In this document: positions 52,450 to 62,942 of the stretch, piece by piece
How positions within the stretch are numbered: the stretch's first letter is position 1
Layout: each line of letters opens with the position of its first letter
Assembly: GCA_038869895.1 (NCBI GenBank)
Contig: JAWCQE010000001.1
Span: 121,879-185,878, forward strand
Origin: Candidatus Pacearchaeota archaeon
GTDB taxonomy: Archaea > Nanobdellota > Nanobdellia > Pacearchaeales > GW2011-AR1
Length of the DNA stretch: 64,000 nucleotides
Direction of reading: 5' to 3'
Notes under the pieces: generated by a model
Told to the model about the DNA's origin: nothing
The model's input: the letters and a program-made list of their open reading frames with translations, nothing else
Databases searched by the model: none
Program-made: the position numbers and the translations under genes

Positions 52450-53238
52450 TTACTTTGTATTTTTTATTGCCTTATCGAATAAGTCTGTAAAAGATTGAAC
52501 AAAAAAAGGAGATGAAAACCATACAGCCATTTGTTCATTGTTATCGTCGCTGTCATTAAGCATGAAAAGAACATTATTTCTGTCAGAAATATAGAATGAG
52601 GAATTTATACCCACTTTTTTAGCTTTTATCCCGAGTTTTTCATTTATTGATTTTATTTCGTCATCTACTCCATTGAGAGCAACAATAAGTTTTACATTTG
52701 ATTTTGAAATCTGTTTAAGGATTGGTTCAAGAAGTTTTATCCTTTTTTTTATTTCTGTAACAGGCCCGCATATAATTATTTCTTTGCTTCCAGATGTTAT
52801 CAAATCAGAAATATGTGAGTTTATATTTGTTCTTCCTTTTATTGTTCCAGACACGTCCTGTTTTTTTATAAGATTAGTCGTAGTTGAATGAAGCATTTCA
52901 AGTTCTTTGTATTCATTCGTATCTTTTATATTTGAGAGCATATCAAGTTTTTCATTCATTTCATCAAGAGCATTTTTCTTAAGTTTTTCTATGACAATAG
53001 TTGGTTTCACTGCAAAATACTTTACTGGTTTACCTATTTTTTGCATTGCAAATCCTTGCTTTTCCAATGATTCCAAAACATCATAAGTTCTGCTTCTTGG
53101 CACTCCTGAGAGTTCTGCGATTTCTCCCGCAGAGGCCATACCTTTTGAAAGCAAAGCAAGCCAAACTTTAGTTTCATAAATATTAAGATTAAAATAATTT
53201 TTCACTTTATTTACTAGTTCTTGTTTTATTATTGTCAT
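52450..53238 (-). CDS. TrmB-family transcriptional regulator
   Basis: N-terminal wHTH (IYETKVWLALLSKGMASAGEIAELSGVPRSRTYDVLESLEKQGF). The C-terminal region is TrmB-like. Confidence 0.75.
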   Translation of the reverse strand: MTIIKQELVNKVKNYFNLNIYETKVWLALLSKGMASAGEIAELSGVPRSRTYDVLESLEKQGFAMQKIGKPVKYFAVKPTIVIEKLKKNALDEMNEKLDMLSNIKDTNEYKELEMLHSTTTNLIKKQDVSGTIKGRTNINSHISDLITSGSKEIIICGPVTEIKKRIKLLEPILKQISKSNVKLIVALNGVDDEIKSINEKLGIKAKKVGINSSFYISDRNNVLFMLNDSDDNNEQMAVWFSSPFFVQSFTDLFDKAIKNTK

Positions 53239-53747
53239 TTTATCACACCTAGTCTATTTAATCCCTCTAAATAGTTTTCTTCAATGTCCCTAGGATTCAT
53301 TAAGATTATTTTTTCATTGTCTGTTTCAATCATTCCTACATAAAAAACAGGAATTTCATGATTTCCTAATTTACCATAAAATCCAATTTCACCCATGCCA
53401 TAAAATTTAATTGGACTTTTATTTTCCAATGAAAAAACTTTTTTTAAATTAGAAAATAAATCCATTTTTCCTTGACTTATACAATAAATTGGTTTGTCTT
53501 TGTTATAAATTAACCATGAAATAATTCCATCTTCATTATAATTTAATGCTATTGGGGCCCCATCAATCATTTCTTTATATGAGTTTTTGTCAATTCCATT
53601 GCACCCCCAAATAATTCTTGCTAATCCTAGTATTCCCATTGCCTTAAGAAAATGTCTCCTATCCATAGGTTTTTTTGTCATACCTTTCAAGTGAAAAATA
53701 GTATTTATAAATCTTTCCATTTTGTTACTTTTTATAAGTAAAGACAA
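53235..53747 (-). CDS. Hypothetical protein with twin-arginine (Tat) signal
   Basis: DRRHFLKAMGILGLA matches the S/T-RRxFLK consensus. ATGA overlap with the TrmB gene. Confidence 0.45.
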   Translation of the reverse strand: MSLLIKSNKMERFINTIFHLKGMTKKPMDRRHFLKAMGILGLARIIWGCNGIDKNSYKEMIDGAPIALNYNEDGIISWLIYNKDKPIYCISQGKMDLFSNLKKVFSLENKSPIKFYGMGEIGFYGKLGNHEIPVFYVGMIETDNEKIILMNPRDIEENYLEGLNRLGVIK

Positions 53748-53894
53748 GCTTAAAAAGCTAAAAAATTATAAATGTTTAATGCAAATAAAATATATAGGAT
53801 TTTTAAATTTAAATGAACAAAAGAGAGAAAGTTATAAAATTGGGGTATTTTTAATTTGAAAATAAAAAAATCGATTTATTATTAGAATAATAAG

Positions 53895-54245
53895 ATGAAT
53901 CTGAGAGAATCTTTAAAGACTTTAATTTTAAGTGAATATAGAAATACAATTTTAGAGCTAAAGTTATTAAAATATTTAGAAGATTCAATAGAGTTTTATA
54001 ATGAAATAGTAGAAGAAAAAGTAGATAATACGCAAAATTATGGGCAGATTTATGATAATATTTATTATATGAAAGAAAAAGTAGAGTTGTATGCAAGAAA
54101 AAGTTGGAGACTGAAATATAAAAATGATGGTGAGAGAAGAAATAAAATTATATCTATACAGCAACTATATTTTATTGCCTCAAATATTTTGCAGGATATT
54201 CAAAATGAAATTAAGAGTATGAAAAATATCCAGAAAAATAGCTAG
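53895..54245 (+). CDS. Hypothetical protein
   Basis: ORF only. Confidence 0.3.
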   Translation: MNLRESLKTLILSEYRNTILELKLLKYLEDSIEFYNEIVEEKVDNTQNYGQIYDNIYYMKEKVELYARKSWRLKYKNDGERRNKIISIQQLYFIASNILQDIQNEIKSMKNIQKNS

Positions 54246-54904
54246 ATACAATAAAAACTATTTGAAAATAGTTAAAAATAAAATTTATAAAATTGTGTTT
54301 AGGTATGGTAAAATGAGAAAGGCAATGTTAATTTTGTCAATATTTTTATTATCTCTTTTTTTTATTTTTTTATAATTTTAGTTTCATCCAAATTAAACAT
54401 AAATGAATAATGGATAAATGAAATTGGATGTGAAGGATTGGGATTAATAGTATAGGAGATTTAATAACGAAAATAGAACATGTAAACATATTTTTAGAAG
54501 AATGTAAAATTTTTCTGCCGAAAAAATTGCAAAATTTGTTGGATATGGAGATATAGAAATAAAAATGACTGACGACTCGACAGAATGTTATATGCAAACC
54601 TTGATGACAATCAGATTAAAAGCGTAAATCTTGAAAATATATCAAAGGAAGGATACTCAATTTTAATTGAGCAAGAAATTGCAAATTCAATTATAAAACA
54701 AGAAAACATGCCAATCACAAAATTTTGATGGTATATAAAGAGAAAAAAACTATTAATGGGAGCACTTTTATTAATAAAACGAAGATATTAATCATTAAAT
54801 TTTTTATCTGAATTATAAGTTAATAATTATTGCTAATCTTCTTCATAGAGTATCTCTAATTTATTTTGTTATTACCTAAATTAGAAAAATTAATTTATCT
54901 AAAA

Positions 54905-55873
54905 TTAAATTAGATATGCGACAATCATCCCCGCAAATAATCCGCCAGTTATAAACGGCATTGCAGGATAAAATTTACCTTTTTGTGAGTAAATAAATAA
55001 AAGCAACAATGCTATAGTAGCTCCAAGAACGACTACTAAAGCATGAAAAATTCCGAGAGAACGTAAAATAATGCCTGCAGTTATTATTGGAAAGACAACA
55101 TCTCCCCCACCAAGTATTGCGAGATTAATTCTTATTTTTTTCTCGTCTATTTTTTTACCTTTTTTCATTTCCTTTTTTGCCTCTCTAATTTTTTCCCTTT
55201 GTTTTTTGTTTAAATAAGGAATAAAAAACCCTCCAAAAATTTTTAGTTCATTAATCTGAAATTTTGCCATTTTCTGCATAAATCCAGAATGCCATACTGC
55301 CCATGCATCATATAAAGAGATTAAAATTAAAAGGATAATTATTGTCCAAACAGAAAGCAAAGGAACGAAAACCGCTGCGATTCCTGGATAAATTAAAAGT
55401 TCTGTAAAGTTATGGACTAAAATATTTCTTTTGAAAATTTTGTAAATTGCAAGGGGGAGTGCAATAACTAGGGCTAGTAAGGCCGAAATAGAATAGTTAT
55501 AGTTGCCTATTAAAAATGAATTTGGAATAATCTGTATAAGGAAAGCATTAAAAGTTATTCCTAATACTAAAGTTACGATGATAAAAAACCATGCCTTAAT
55601 GAATATTGCTGCCTTGAATTTCATAAGAATTAGAATTATAAATATTGCAATTACAAATGCTATAATAATTGAAGTTAAAGAAGTTTTTTTATTTATTTCT
55701 TCAGGCGGCTCTAAATTGTATGGTAGCGGATTTGTTGTTACATTGACAATATTTCCATCAACTTCCACTTGTTTTACATTTGGAGTATATGCATAAATAA
55801 CAGCCAACCCTATTAACTGGGTTATTAAAAACATTAAAATTAAAATAAATGTTATTTTAATATTGTGTTTCAT
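54905..55873 (-). CDS. Presenilin/signal-peptide-peptidase-like intramembrane aspartyl protease (A22 family)
   Basis: Polytopic membrane protein carrying the YD motif (SLYDAWAVW), the GxGD motif (ILGGGDVVFP) and a PAL-like motif (YPAMPFITGG), in the canonical order. Confidence 0.65.
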   Translation of the reverse strand: MKHNIKITFILILMFLITQLIGLAVIYAYTPNVKQVEVDGNIVNVTTNPLPYNLEPPEEINKKTSLTSIIIAFVIAIFIILILMKFKAAIFIKAWFFIIVTLVLGITFNAFLIQIIPNSFLIGNYNYSISALLALVIALPLAIYKIFKRNILVHNFTELLIYPGIAAVFVPLLSVWTIIILLILISLYDAWAVWHSGFMQKMAKFQINELKIFGGFFIPYLNKKQREKIREAKKEMKKGKKIDEKKIRINLAILGGGDVVFPIITAGIILRSLGIFHALVVVLGATIALLLLFIYSQKGKFYPAMPFITGGLFAGMIVAYLI

Positions 55874-56022
55874 TTTTTACTCACAATAAAAACAAGGAAA
55901 AGTTAGTTTTTAAAGTTTGGCGAGATTTATTTAGTATGTTAAACATTATTGTTTAAACAAAATTTAATTTTTGCATTAAATAGATTTTAATTACTTATTA
56001 AATAATTTTGGTTTTTAATCAT

Positions 56023-57897
56023 TTATTTTAATCTTAACGTTTCTAAATTTCTCGGAACATTTGTTTCAATTCTTTCTATCTTGTAGATAGAACTTGCTAA
56101 GTCTAAGCATTTTGAAGCCTCTCCATGATTTATTATGACTCTTTTTGGTTTTGGGCGACAATTTTTAATAAAGTTTAGAAGTTCTGTTCTTCCTGCATGG
56201 GCGGAAAATCCAGAAATTGTGTAAGGTTCAAGATTTATTGGAATAACTTCTCCTTCATCTGTTTTCCATTCTTTTAGCCCTTCTTGTATTTGCCTTCCTA
56301 GAGAGCCAACTCCTTGATAGCAGACAAAAACAAGAGAATTATTTTTGTTTGATGCAAAATTTTTGAGGTATTCAACACTTGCGCCTCCAACAAGCATTCC
56401 ACTTGTCGCAAGGACAATACAAGGGCCGCCTTCAATCACTTCTTTTCTTTCTTGTGAAGAGCCAACTCTCTTAAATATATCTGATACAAATGGATTTTTA
56501 TCTTGGAAAACTAAATTCTTTACGCTATTGGATAAAAAATCTGGATAAGCTGTATGAATTGCATTAATATCCCAAATCATGCCATCAATATAAACAGGAA
56601 TTTCTTGGAGTTTTCCTGAACGTATAGCGTCTTCTAAAATAAGCATTGTTTCTTGAGCCCTTCCTAATCCTAGTTCTGGAATTAAAATTTTTCCTCCGCG
56701 ATCAATTGTTTTTTTGATAATTTCAAGAAGATAGTTTTCTGATTCAATTCTTGAAGGCATCACATCATTTTTTCCGCCATAAGTCGATTCTATAATTATT
56801 GTTTCTACCCTAGGAAAATTTGTTACAGCTTGGTCTAAGAGCCTTGTTTTTTGGTATTTTATATCAGCTCCATAAATTAAATTATGTGCCCCATTACCTA
56901 TATTTATATGTGTCATTGCGCTTCCAAGAGCATGTCCTGCATTATAAAATGTTATTCTTATGTCTGGAGTTACATCTGTTACTTCATTGTAATTTAACAC
57001 TATTGAGTGTTTTACCATTTCTTTTATATCTGTTGAACTGAAAAGGGGAGTAGTGGCCTGCTTGTAAGCAACACCAATAAAATCTAATCCCAATAGGGCT
57101 GCAATATCTCTCGTTGGATGAGTCATATAAGTTGGGCCCTTATAACCCATCTTGTAAAGATATGGTATTAAAGCGCAATGATCAAGGTGGGCATGACTTA
57201 AGATTACAGCATCAATCGTTGAAATGTCAAATTCAGGAATGTCAAAATAAGGAAATTTTTCTTTCCCATATGCAGCAACATCAATTCCACAATCTAAAAG
57301 TATTTTTGACATTTGTGTCTGCAAAAGCAAACAACTTCTTCCAACCTGCCTTCCACTTCCAAGAAAAGTAAGTCTTATCCAACATTCTTTTTTTTCAGAA
57401 TTCCAATCTTTGTAGATTTTTTTACCTATTTCATCAAGAAATTTTCTTCTATAGTTATTGTTTGCATATAAAACACTCCTTATATTATCAGTAATTTTGC
57501 TTGGTATTGAAGAACTTCTTTGAACATAAGGGGACCAATAAGTTTTTTCTTTTATCTCTTGAAGGACAGTTCCCTGCTTTCCTATAACCAGTCCAGGTTT
57601 TTTTGCTTCTATGACAACAACAGCCCTTTTTGAATCAAAAAGAATATTCATTACTTCTGCTTCTTCGGGAATTGTTTTTTTGATAATTTCTTCGGTTTTT
57701 TCTTGTGATTCAAGAATTTTTTCATCTGCCCTAAGTTCTATTCTTTTTTTAAATTTGTTGACGAGTTCTTTTATTTTAGCTTCTCCAGTACGAAAAAATT
57801 CTGCATTGTCAGTATATAATACAATATTTGCAGCTTCAAATCCAGCGTCAACAATAACTTTTGGAAGTGAGTCAGTTATTTCTTTTAAAATATCCAT
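56023..57897 (-). CDS. Archaeal CPSF1 / FttA (KH + metallo-beta-lactamase + beta-CASP ribonuclease)
   Basis: N-terminal KH domains. MBL motif HAHLDHCALIPYL. beta-CASP region. Length 624 aa. Confidence 0.9.
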   Translation of the reverse strand: MDILKEITDSLPKVIVDAGFEAANIVLYTDNAEFFRTGEAKIKELVNKFKKRIELRADEKILESQEKTEEIIKKTIPEEAEVMNILFDSKRAVVVIEAKKPGLVIGKQGTVLQEIKEKTYWSPYVQRSSSIPSKITDNIRSVLYANNNYRRKFLDEIGKKIYKDWNSEKKECWIRLTFLGSGRQVGRSCLLLQTQMSKILLDCGIDVAAYGKEKFPYFDIPEFDISTIDAVILSHAHLDHCALIPYLYKMGYKGPTYMTHPTRDIAALLGLDFIGVAYKQATTPLFSSTDIKEMVKHSIVLNYNEVTDVTPDIRITFYNAGHALGSAMTHINIGNGAHNLIYGADIKYQKTRLLDQAVTNFPRVETIIIESTYGGKNDVMPSRIESENYLLEIIKKTIDRGGKILIPELGLGRAQETMLILEDAIRSGKLQEIPVYIDGMIWDINAIHTAYPDFLSNSVKNLVFQDKNPFVSDIFKRVGSSQERKEVIEGGPCIVLATSGMLVGGASVEYLKNFASNKNNSLVFVCYQGVGSLGRQIQEGLKEWKTDEGEVIPINLEPYTISGFSAHAGRTELLNFIKNCRPKPKRVIINHGEASKCLDLASSIYKIERIETNVPRNLETLRLK

Positions 57898-57911
57898 TTT
57901 ATCTTAGAATA

Positions 57912-58571
57912 TTATTTCCTTTCTACAAAAGCTGACTGAATGTCTTGCGCAATAACGTGGGTTATCCCATCTTTTGTTATTGTAAATACGTCTATTCCGT
58001 TTCCAGAGCCAGTATCTCTTTCCATAGAAGATTTTATACATTCTTGGGCAAGTTCGATTCCTTCTTTTACACTCATATCTTTTTTATATCTTCTTTCCAA
58101 TAACCCAAGAATATATGGCATTCCACTTGAGAAATTTGCATCATAATCCTCAACAGGATAAACCCCTCCAGCAGGTTCAACAGTATAAAGTGCAGTAGAA
58201 CCATCTGGATTAATACCAGCAACAAGAAGTCCAACAATACTTGGCACCATTGATGGAGTCCTTATATTTCTATATATTATCATGCCCGCCAACGAAGCTG
58301 ATTCTTTTACATTAGGACGTTGTCTTGACCTTAATTCTTTTAACTTAAGTTCAGCAGCGAGAACTCTTTGATTCATGTCAATATCTGATGCTATTCCAGT
58401 TCCTGAGATGACTATATATTCATTAATTTTCACAACTTTTGGAGAACGTTTAGAGAGAACTATTCCTCCAGCAGTAGAACGCCTGTCTCCTGCCATAACT
58501 ATTCCATCTTTACATACAATTCCTACAATACTTGTTCCAGATTTTAGAACAGATTTTTTAATATCATCCAT
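57912..58571 (-). CDS. psmB: Proteasome subunit beta
   Basis: Propeptide, then GTSIVGIVCKDGIVMAGDRRST carrying the Ntn-hydrolase active-site Thr. LAGMIIY... follows. Confidence 0.9.
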   Translation of the reverse strand: MDDIKKSVLKSGTSIVGIVCKDGIVMAGDRRSTAGGIVLSKRSPKVVKINEYIVISGTGIASDIDMNQRVLAAELKLKELRSRQRPNVKESASLAGMIIYRNIRTPSMVPSIVGLLVAGINPDGSTALYTVEPAGGVYPVEDYDANFSSGMPYILGLLERRYKKDMSVKEGIELAQECIKSSMERDTGSGNGIDVFTITKDGITHVIAQDIQSAFVERK

Positions 58572-58702
58572 TTTATTATTTTGCTCAATAAAACACTGAG
58601 AATTTATATTAGTATATATAAGATATTTATAAATCTTTCGTTTATGGATTCTGAGTTTTATACGTATTTATAATTTAATCACCTTATACAATTTAAGGAA
58701 AA

Positions 58703-60745
58703 TTATGAGATAACTTTTGTTGTCAGATTGTCTTTTTTTAATTTTATAATATGGTCTACGAAGGATTCCATTTTTTGGTCATGGGAAACTATAATTAATT
58801 GATTAACGTCAAGTTGTTTAAGAACATCCCTCATTTTATCAAGTTGTTGCTGAGAAAATCCTTCTGTCGGCTCATCTAAAATTACAATTCCTTTTGTTTT
58901 TATCTCACTTAACATTGAGTTTATTGTTTGATTTAATGCAAGCCTATATGCAAGAGCAATTGCTGTTCTTTCTCCTCCAGAGAGATAGGAGTAATCAAGT
59001 TCATAATCTTGTTGTTCAATTATCGGAGTAAAAGAATCATCAAGTTTTACATTGAAAATATCCGGTACTAAAATACTAAACCAATCATTGAACAATTTTG
59101 AAAATTCGTTCTTTAATTTTATCATTACTCTTTTTTCAATAGATGAAATAAGTTCTAAGAAATCGTTTGAAAGCCAGTTTTCAAGTTCATTTAAATATAT
59201 AATTTTTTCCTTTATTTTATCTTTTTCGAAAATTTCCCTTTCAATCTTTTCAATCTCTATTTTTCCAATCTCAATCTCTTTTAATATTTTAGCCTTATTT
59301 ATTTCTAATTCCTTTTCCTTAGATAAAATCTCATTAAATTCGTTTAATTTTATTTCCATTGAAGCGTCAAATTTCTTCATTGAACTTACCATTTCTTTAA
59401 GAGTTTTAATTTGTTCTTCAAGAATTAAAATATCTTTTTTAAGCAATTCAATTTGTTTTTCAATTTCATTTTTTTTAATTTTATCCTCTTCAATTGATTG
59501 GATTTTTATTTTTATCTCATGGAGTATTAACTTTTTATTCTCGAGTTTTTTAAGTTCCTCTGATATTGCTAAAAATTCATTTTCGTATTTATTCCTTTCA
59601 TTTTCAAAATTTGCTTTTTCCAAATCAATATTTAAAATTTCATTTTCGATTTTTGATAAAATAGATTTTTTATGTTTTTCAGAAACTTCTTGAAGGCATG
59701 TCGGGCAAGTTTTAAGATGAGATATTCTTTCTTTAAGCGATGAAAGTTCTTTGATTTTTGATGATATTAATGATATTTTAAGCAATATTTCATTCAAATT
59801 TATGCTAACTTTATCTTTTGAGTTTTTGATTTTTTCAATTTCATTGTTCAGTAAATTAAATCCAATATTGTCGAAATAAGAAGCACTTTTTATTTTTTCG
59901 TTAATCGAATAACTCTCTTTTTGTAGTCTTAAAAGATTTTCTTTTTTAGTTCCAAGAAGTATAGTTGTCTTTTCTATTTCATTGTCATACTTTCTTTTTT
60001 CTTCAATTTTCTCTTTAATTTCGTTTATTTCTGATTGCTTGTCTAATTTTTTTAATAAAATATCTGCGAGACTTTTTTCAATCAAAGGAATAGATTCTTT
60101 TATTTTTTCTAGAATTTTTTTTCTTTCATCTATTTTTAATTTCATTATTTCTAAATCAGAAACCTCTGCTTGTTTAAATCTTATTTTTTCCCTCAATTTT
60201 GATATTAATATCTCGTTGTTTTCTTTTATCCTTTTATATTTATTAATTCCGAAAACATGTCTTAATGTATTAAGCCTAGATTCAGGATCTTCAAGTATTA
60301 TTTGTTTCATATTTTCTTGCGGAGTATAAACTGTAAATCTATAAAGCATATTTGTTCTTTTTGCAAATTCCAAAGGATAGTTTAATTTTTGTAATACAAA
60401 GTTTTTCATTTCTGTTATTGACTTTTCTTCAGATTTTCCATTGACAATTACAAAAGAATATTCTTGAGATACTGTTTTTTTTCTTTTTAGGGCCCTTTTT
60501 AAAATTATCTTTTCTCCTTCTATTTCGATTTCAAGTTCTACAAAACCTTCGTCAGAATCTTTCCTTAACAATGACGCTCCTTTTTGTCCTGGTTGGAGCC
60601 CAAAGAGAGCAAATTCTATGGCAAGTAAAATAGACGTCTTTCCAACACCAATATCTCCGGATAGTAAGACACTTCCCATTGGAAAAGTTATTTCTTCATT
60701 TTCATAACTTCTTATATTTCTCATTTTTATTTTTTTAAAAATCAT
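58703..60745 (-). CDS. rad50: DNA double-strand break repair ATPase Rad50
   Basis: Walker A GDIGVGKTSIL. Long coiled coils with a central zinc-hook CPTC. Signature/Walker B LSGGERTAIALAYRLAL...IVILDEPT near the C-terminus. Only 680 aa, with shorter coiled coils than usual. Confidence 0.85.
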   Translation of the reverse strand: MIFKKIKMRNIRSYENEEITFPMGSVLLSGDIGVGKTSILLAIEFALFGLQPGQKGASLLRKDSDEGFVELEIEIEGEKIILKRALKRKKTVSQEYSFVIVNGKSEEKSITEMKNFVLQKLNYPLEFAKRTNMLYRFTVYTPQENMKQIILEDPESRLNTLRHVFGINKYKRIKENNEILISKLREKIRFKQAEVSDLEIMKLKIDERKKILEKIKESIPLIEKSLADILLKKLDKQSEINEIKEKIEEKRKYDNEIEKTTILLGTKKENLLRLQKESYSINEKIKSASYFDNIGFNLLNNEIEKIKNSKDKVSINLNEILLKISLISSKIKELSSLKERISHLKTCPTCLQEVSEKHKKSILSKIENEILNIDLEKANFENERNKYENEFLAISEELKKLENKKLILHEIKIKIQSIEEDKIKKNEIEKQIELLKKDILILEEQIKTLKEMVSSMKKFDASMEIKLNEFNEILSKEKELEINKAKILKEIEIGKIEIEKIEREIFEKDKIKEKIIYLNELENWLSNDFLELISSIEKRVMIKLKNEFSKLFNDWFSILVPDIFNVKLDDSFTPIIEQQDYELDYSYLSGGERTAIALAYRLALNQTINSMLSEIKTKGIVILDEPTEGFSQQQLDKMRDVLKQLDVNQLIIVSHDQKMESFVDHIIKLKKDNLTTKVIS

Positions 60746-60747
60746 TT

Positions 60748-61908
60748 TTAAAAATCAATTATAGTTTTAACTTCTTCTAAAAGTCTTTCCTCAAAAATCT
60801 GATTTTTTTCATCTTCATTTTTTTCAATAGCGAGGGCTTTTAATATCAATAGAGCTTTTTCAGAAAATTTAGATTTATTTTTCTCAAAATATTCTTTAAT
60901 TAAAACATTTTCAACTTTATTCATGTCTATATCAATAAATTCTATATTTGATTCTTCTGTCATAAGTTTTGATGTATTTCTCACTACAACGTAGGCTCCA
61001 TTTTCTTTTATAAACGACTCAATTTCATTAAATTTTATGTCTGAAATCCTACCATTTTGCAGATTTCCCTCGAGTCTTAATAGAATTATTTTATCTTTTA
61101 AATCATATTTTGAAATTTCTGAAATTATTTTCTCAGTGCCTTTAACCGAATTTTCAATTTTAATATTGATGGTTAAAACTTCTTTTAATTTTATAGGAAT
61201 TGTTTTCCTTTTTACAATTCCTCCCAAAACTTCAACTACCTGAAACCTTCCATACCTTAGTTCCTCAAGTTCTTCAAAATTGTTTGGAAATAATGGTCCT
61301 GAGTAAGCGATGTTTGTTTTTCCAAAGTCAACATGCAAATGGCCTAATGCATAATAATCTGCTTTTGGAAGTTCATCTAAAGATATTGAATTCATTTCAA
61401 TATCCCCAATTGCTTCTTTTAAAGCAGTATGTAACATAAATATTTTGAAGAAACCTGGAGAATCTTGAAGTTTAACTCTTTTTAATCCATTAATTTCAAG
61501 TCCAGATTTCATTCCGGGATATCCATAAAGAGAATAATTTTTGTATATTGTTGGATGAAGAATTATTTTGTTGTCTCTTTCCTCACCGGAGAATACATTT
61601 TTGCAGAATCCAGCATGTTCAAGCACATCGAGAAATGTCTTTCCTGAAACGCTGTAATCATGACTTCCAGCAATTATGAAACAAGGAATGTTTGCATCGT
61701 GTAATTTTTTGAATTCCTTAAAAACTCTTTTTAATATTTCTATTGGTGGGTAAGCTGAATCAAAAATATCTCCAGCCATTAAAACCATGTCGACTTTTTC
61801 CTTTATAGCAAAATCAAGAGCTATTGAGAAAGATTGCATATTTATTTCTTGAAGTTCTGGATAGCGCCAGCTTCCTAAGTGGCAGTCTCCTGTATGCAAG
61901 AATTTCAT
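60748..61908 (-). CDS. mre11: DNA double-strand break repair nuclease Mre11
   Basis: Calcineurin-like phosphoesterase motifs HTGDCHLG, MAGDIFD, GSHDY, GHLH. It sits immediately upstream of rad50. Confidence 0.85.
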   Translation of the reverse strand: MKFLHTGDCHLGSWRYPELQEINMQSFSIALDFAIKEKVDMVLMAGDIFDSAYPPIEILKRVFKEFKKLHDANIPCFIIAGSHDYSVSGKTFLDVLEHAGFCKNVFSGEERDNKIILHPTIYKNYSLYGYPGMKSGLEINGLKRVKLQDSPGFFKIFMLHTALKEAIGDIEMNSISLDELPKADYYALGHLHVDFGKTNIAYSGPLFPNNFEELEELRYGRFQVVEVLGGIVKRKTIPIKLKEVLTINIKIENSVKGTEKIISEISKYDLKDKIILLRLEGNLQNGRISDIKFNEIESFIKENGAYVVVRNTSKLMTEESNIEFIDIDMNKVENVLIKEYFEKNKSKFSEKALLILKALAIEKNEDEKNQIFEERLLEEVKTIIDF

Positions 61909-61930
61909 ATTCGCAGAAGATAGTTAAATT

Positions 61931-62488
61931 TTATAAAGATTGTTGCATTATTTCCCAAACAAATAATTCCTCAAAAAACAATTTTTTGCTGGAAATTTTA
62001 TTAACTTTCAAGTTTTTTTGTTTTGCTATTTTAATCCACTTGTTATTTGGGGTATGGGAAGATGTGATTAATAATGAAAATCCTTTTGGAGTTAAATGTT
62101 CTTTTAAATCTTGAATGAAATTTATTATTGTTTCGTCTCCAATTTTCCCACCAGTTATATCTAATTCTTTGTCAAATTTATGTTCAGGAAGGTATGGCGG
62201 ATTAAAAATAATCAAATCATATTTTTCATAAATTTTTTCGAACAAATTTGATTTTCTTGTCTTGATTCCTAACTTTTTGACTTCATTTAATGCTTCTTGA
62301 TTTATATCGCTTGCAGTTATATTATTTTTTTTTATTCCATTCTCTAATAGGGTTTTTGACTGAATTCCAGAACCTGTCCCTAAATCTAGTATTTTAATGT
62401 TTTTATTTTTTATTTTTTTTATAACCGCATCTGCAAGAATAAATGAATCATCTGAAGGGATGTAAAAAGTATCTTGCATGTTATCCAA
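61931..62488 (-). CDS. Class I SAM-dependent methyltransferase, HemK/Mtq2-like (NPPY motif)
   Basis: Motif I ILDLGTGSG and motif IV IIFNPPYLP. The ~185-aa size is typical of archaeal Mtq2 (release-factor glutamine methyltransferase). Confidence 0.65.
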   Translation of the reverse strand: MDNMQDTFYIPSDDSFILADAVIKKIKNKNIKILDLGTGSGIQSKTLLENGIKKNNITASDINQEALNEVKKLGIKTRKSNLFEKIYEKYDLIIFNPPYLPEHKFDKELDITGGKIGDETIINFIQDLKEHLTPKGFSLLITSSHTPNNKWIKIAKQKNLKVNKISSKKLFFEELFVWEIMQQSL

Positions 62489-62870
62489 TTATATTTTTAA
62501 AAAAATCAACTAGTTGTTCTTTAAATAATATAGAAATAATTAAAAAACCAACAAGAACAAGAAGAATAAATATTAGGAAAACTAATAAAAAAGGAAATTT
62601 TTTTTCTTTATTTATTTTATGAGATTGATTTTGAGCAGGCGTTCTAATATTTTGAAGATTTTGTTGTTGCGGATTTACTTGCAGATAATTTTGAATGTTC
62701 TGCCTAATATTAGGTGTTCCAAGTAGGTAGTTTGTAGCTTCATCGATATCGTTTTGAGAATACCCCGAATTTAAGAGAGTTTGTTTTGCCTGTTGTAAAG
62801 AATATCCTCTTTCAACGGCATTTTTTAATCCAGCAATAATATCTATTCTTACCATTTTATTTAATAACAA
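62481..62870 (-). CDS. Hypothetical protein with C-terminal TM helix
   Basis: ORF only. It has a Q/N-rich middle region and a C-terminal hydrophobic helix. Confidence 0.3.
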   Translation of the reverse strand: MLLNKMVRIDIIAGLKNAVERGYSLQQAKQTLLNSGYSQNDIDEATNYLLGTPNIRQNIQNYLQVNPQQQNLQNIRTPAQNQSHKINKEKKFPFLLVFLIFILLVLVGFLIISILFKEQLVDFFKNIIG

Positions 62871-62942
62871 GTGTAGTTAATAAAGTTTGTTTTTATAGAA
62901 CCAAAGCGCAATGGTTAAAAATACGGCAATCTTAAAGAAAAT

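Noticed and set aside
54250-54900. 650-bp non-coding gap containing a 19-codon signal-peptide-like mini-ORF (MRKAMLILSIFLLSLFFIFL*, 54313) and K/N-rich open stretches. Possible gene remnant.
   Set aside because: The AT-rich sequence makes K/N/I-rich frames by chance. No continuous frame or recognisable motif. It is worth a tblastx search but is not supported as a pseudogene from sequence alone.
59052-60329. 213-aa and 115-aa S/F/I-rich ORFs on + strand
   Set aside because: Antisense to rad50 coiled-coil coding sequence. Shadow ORFs.
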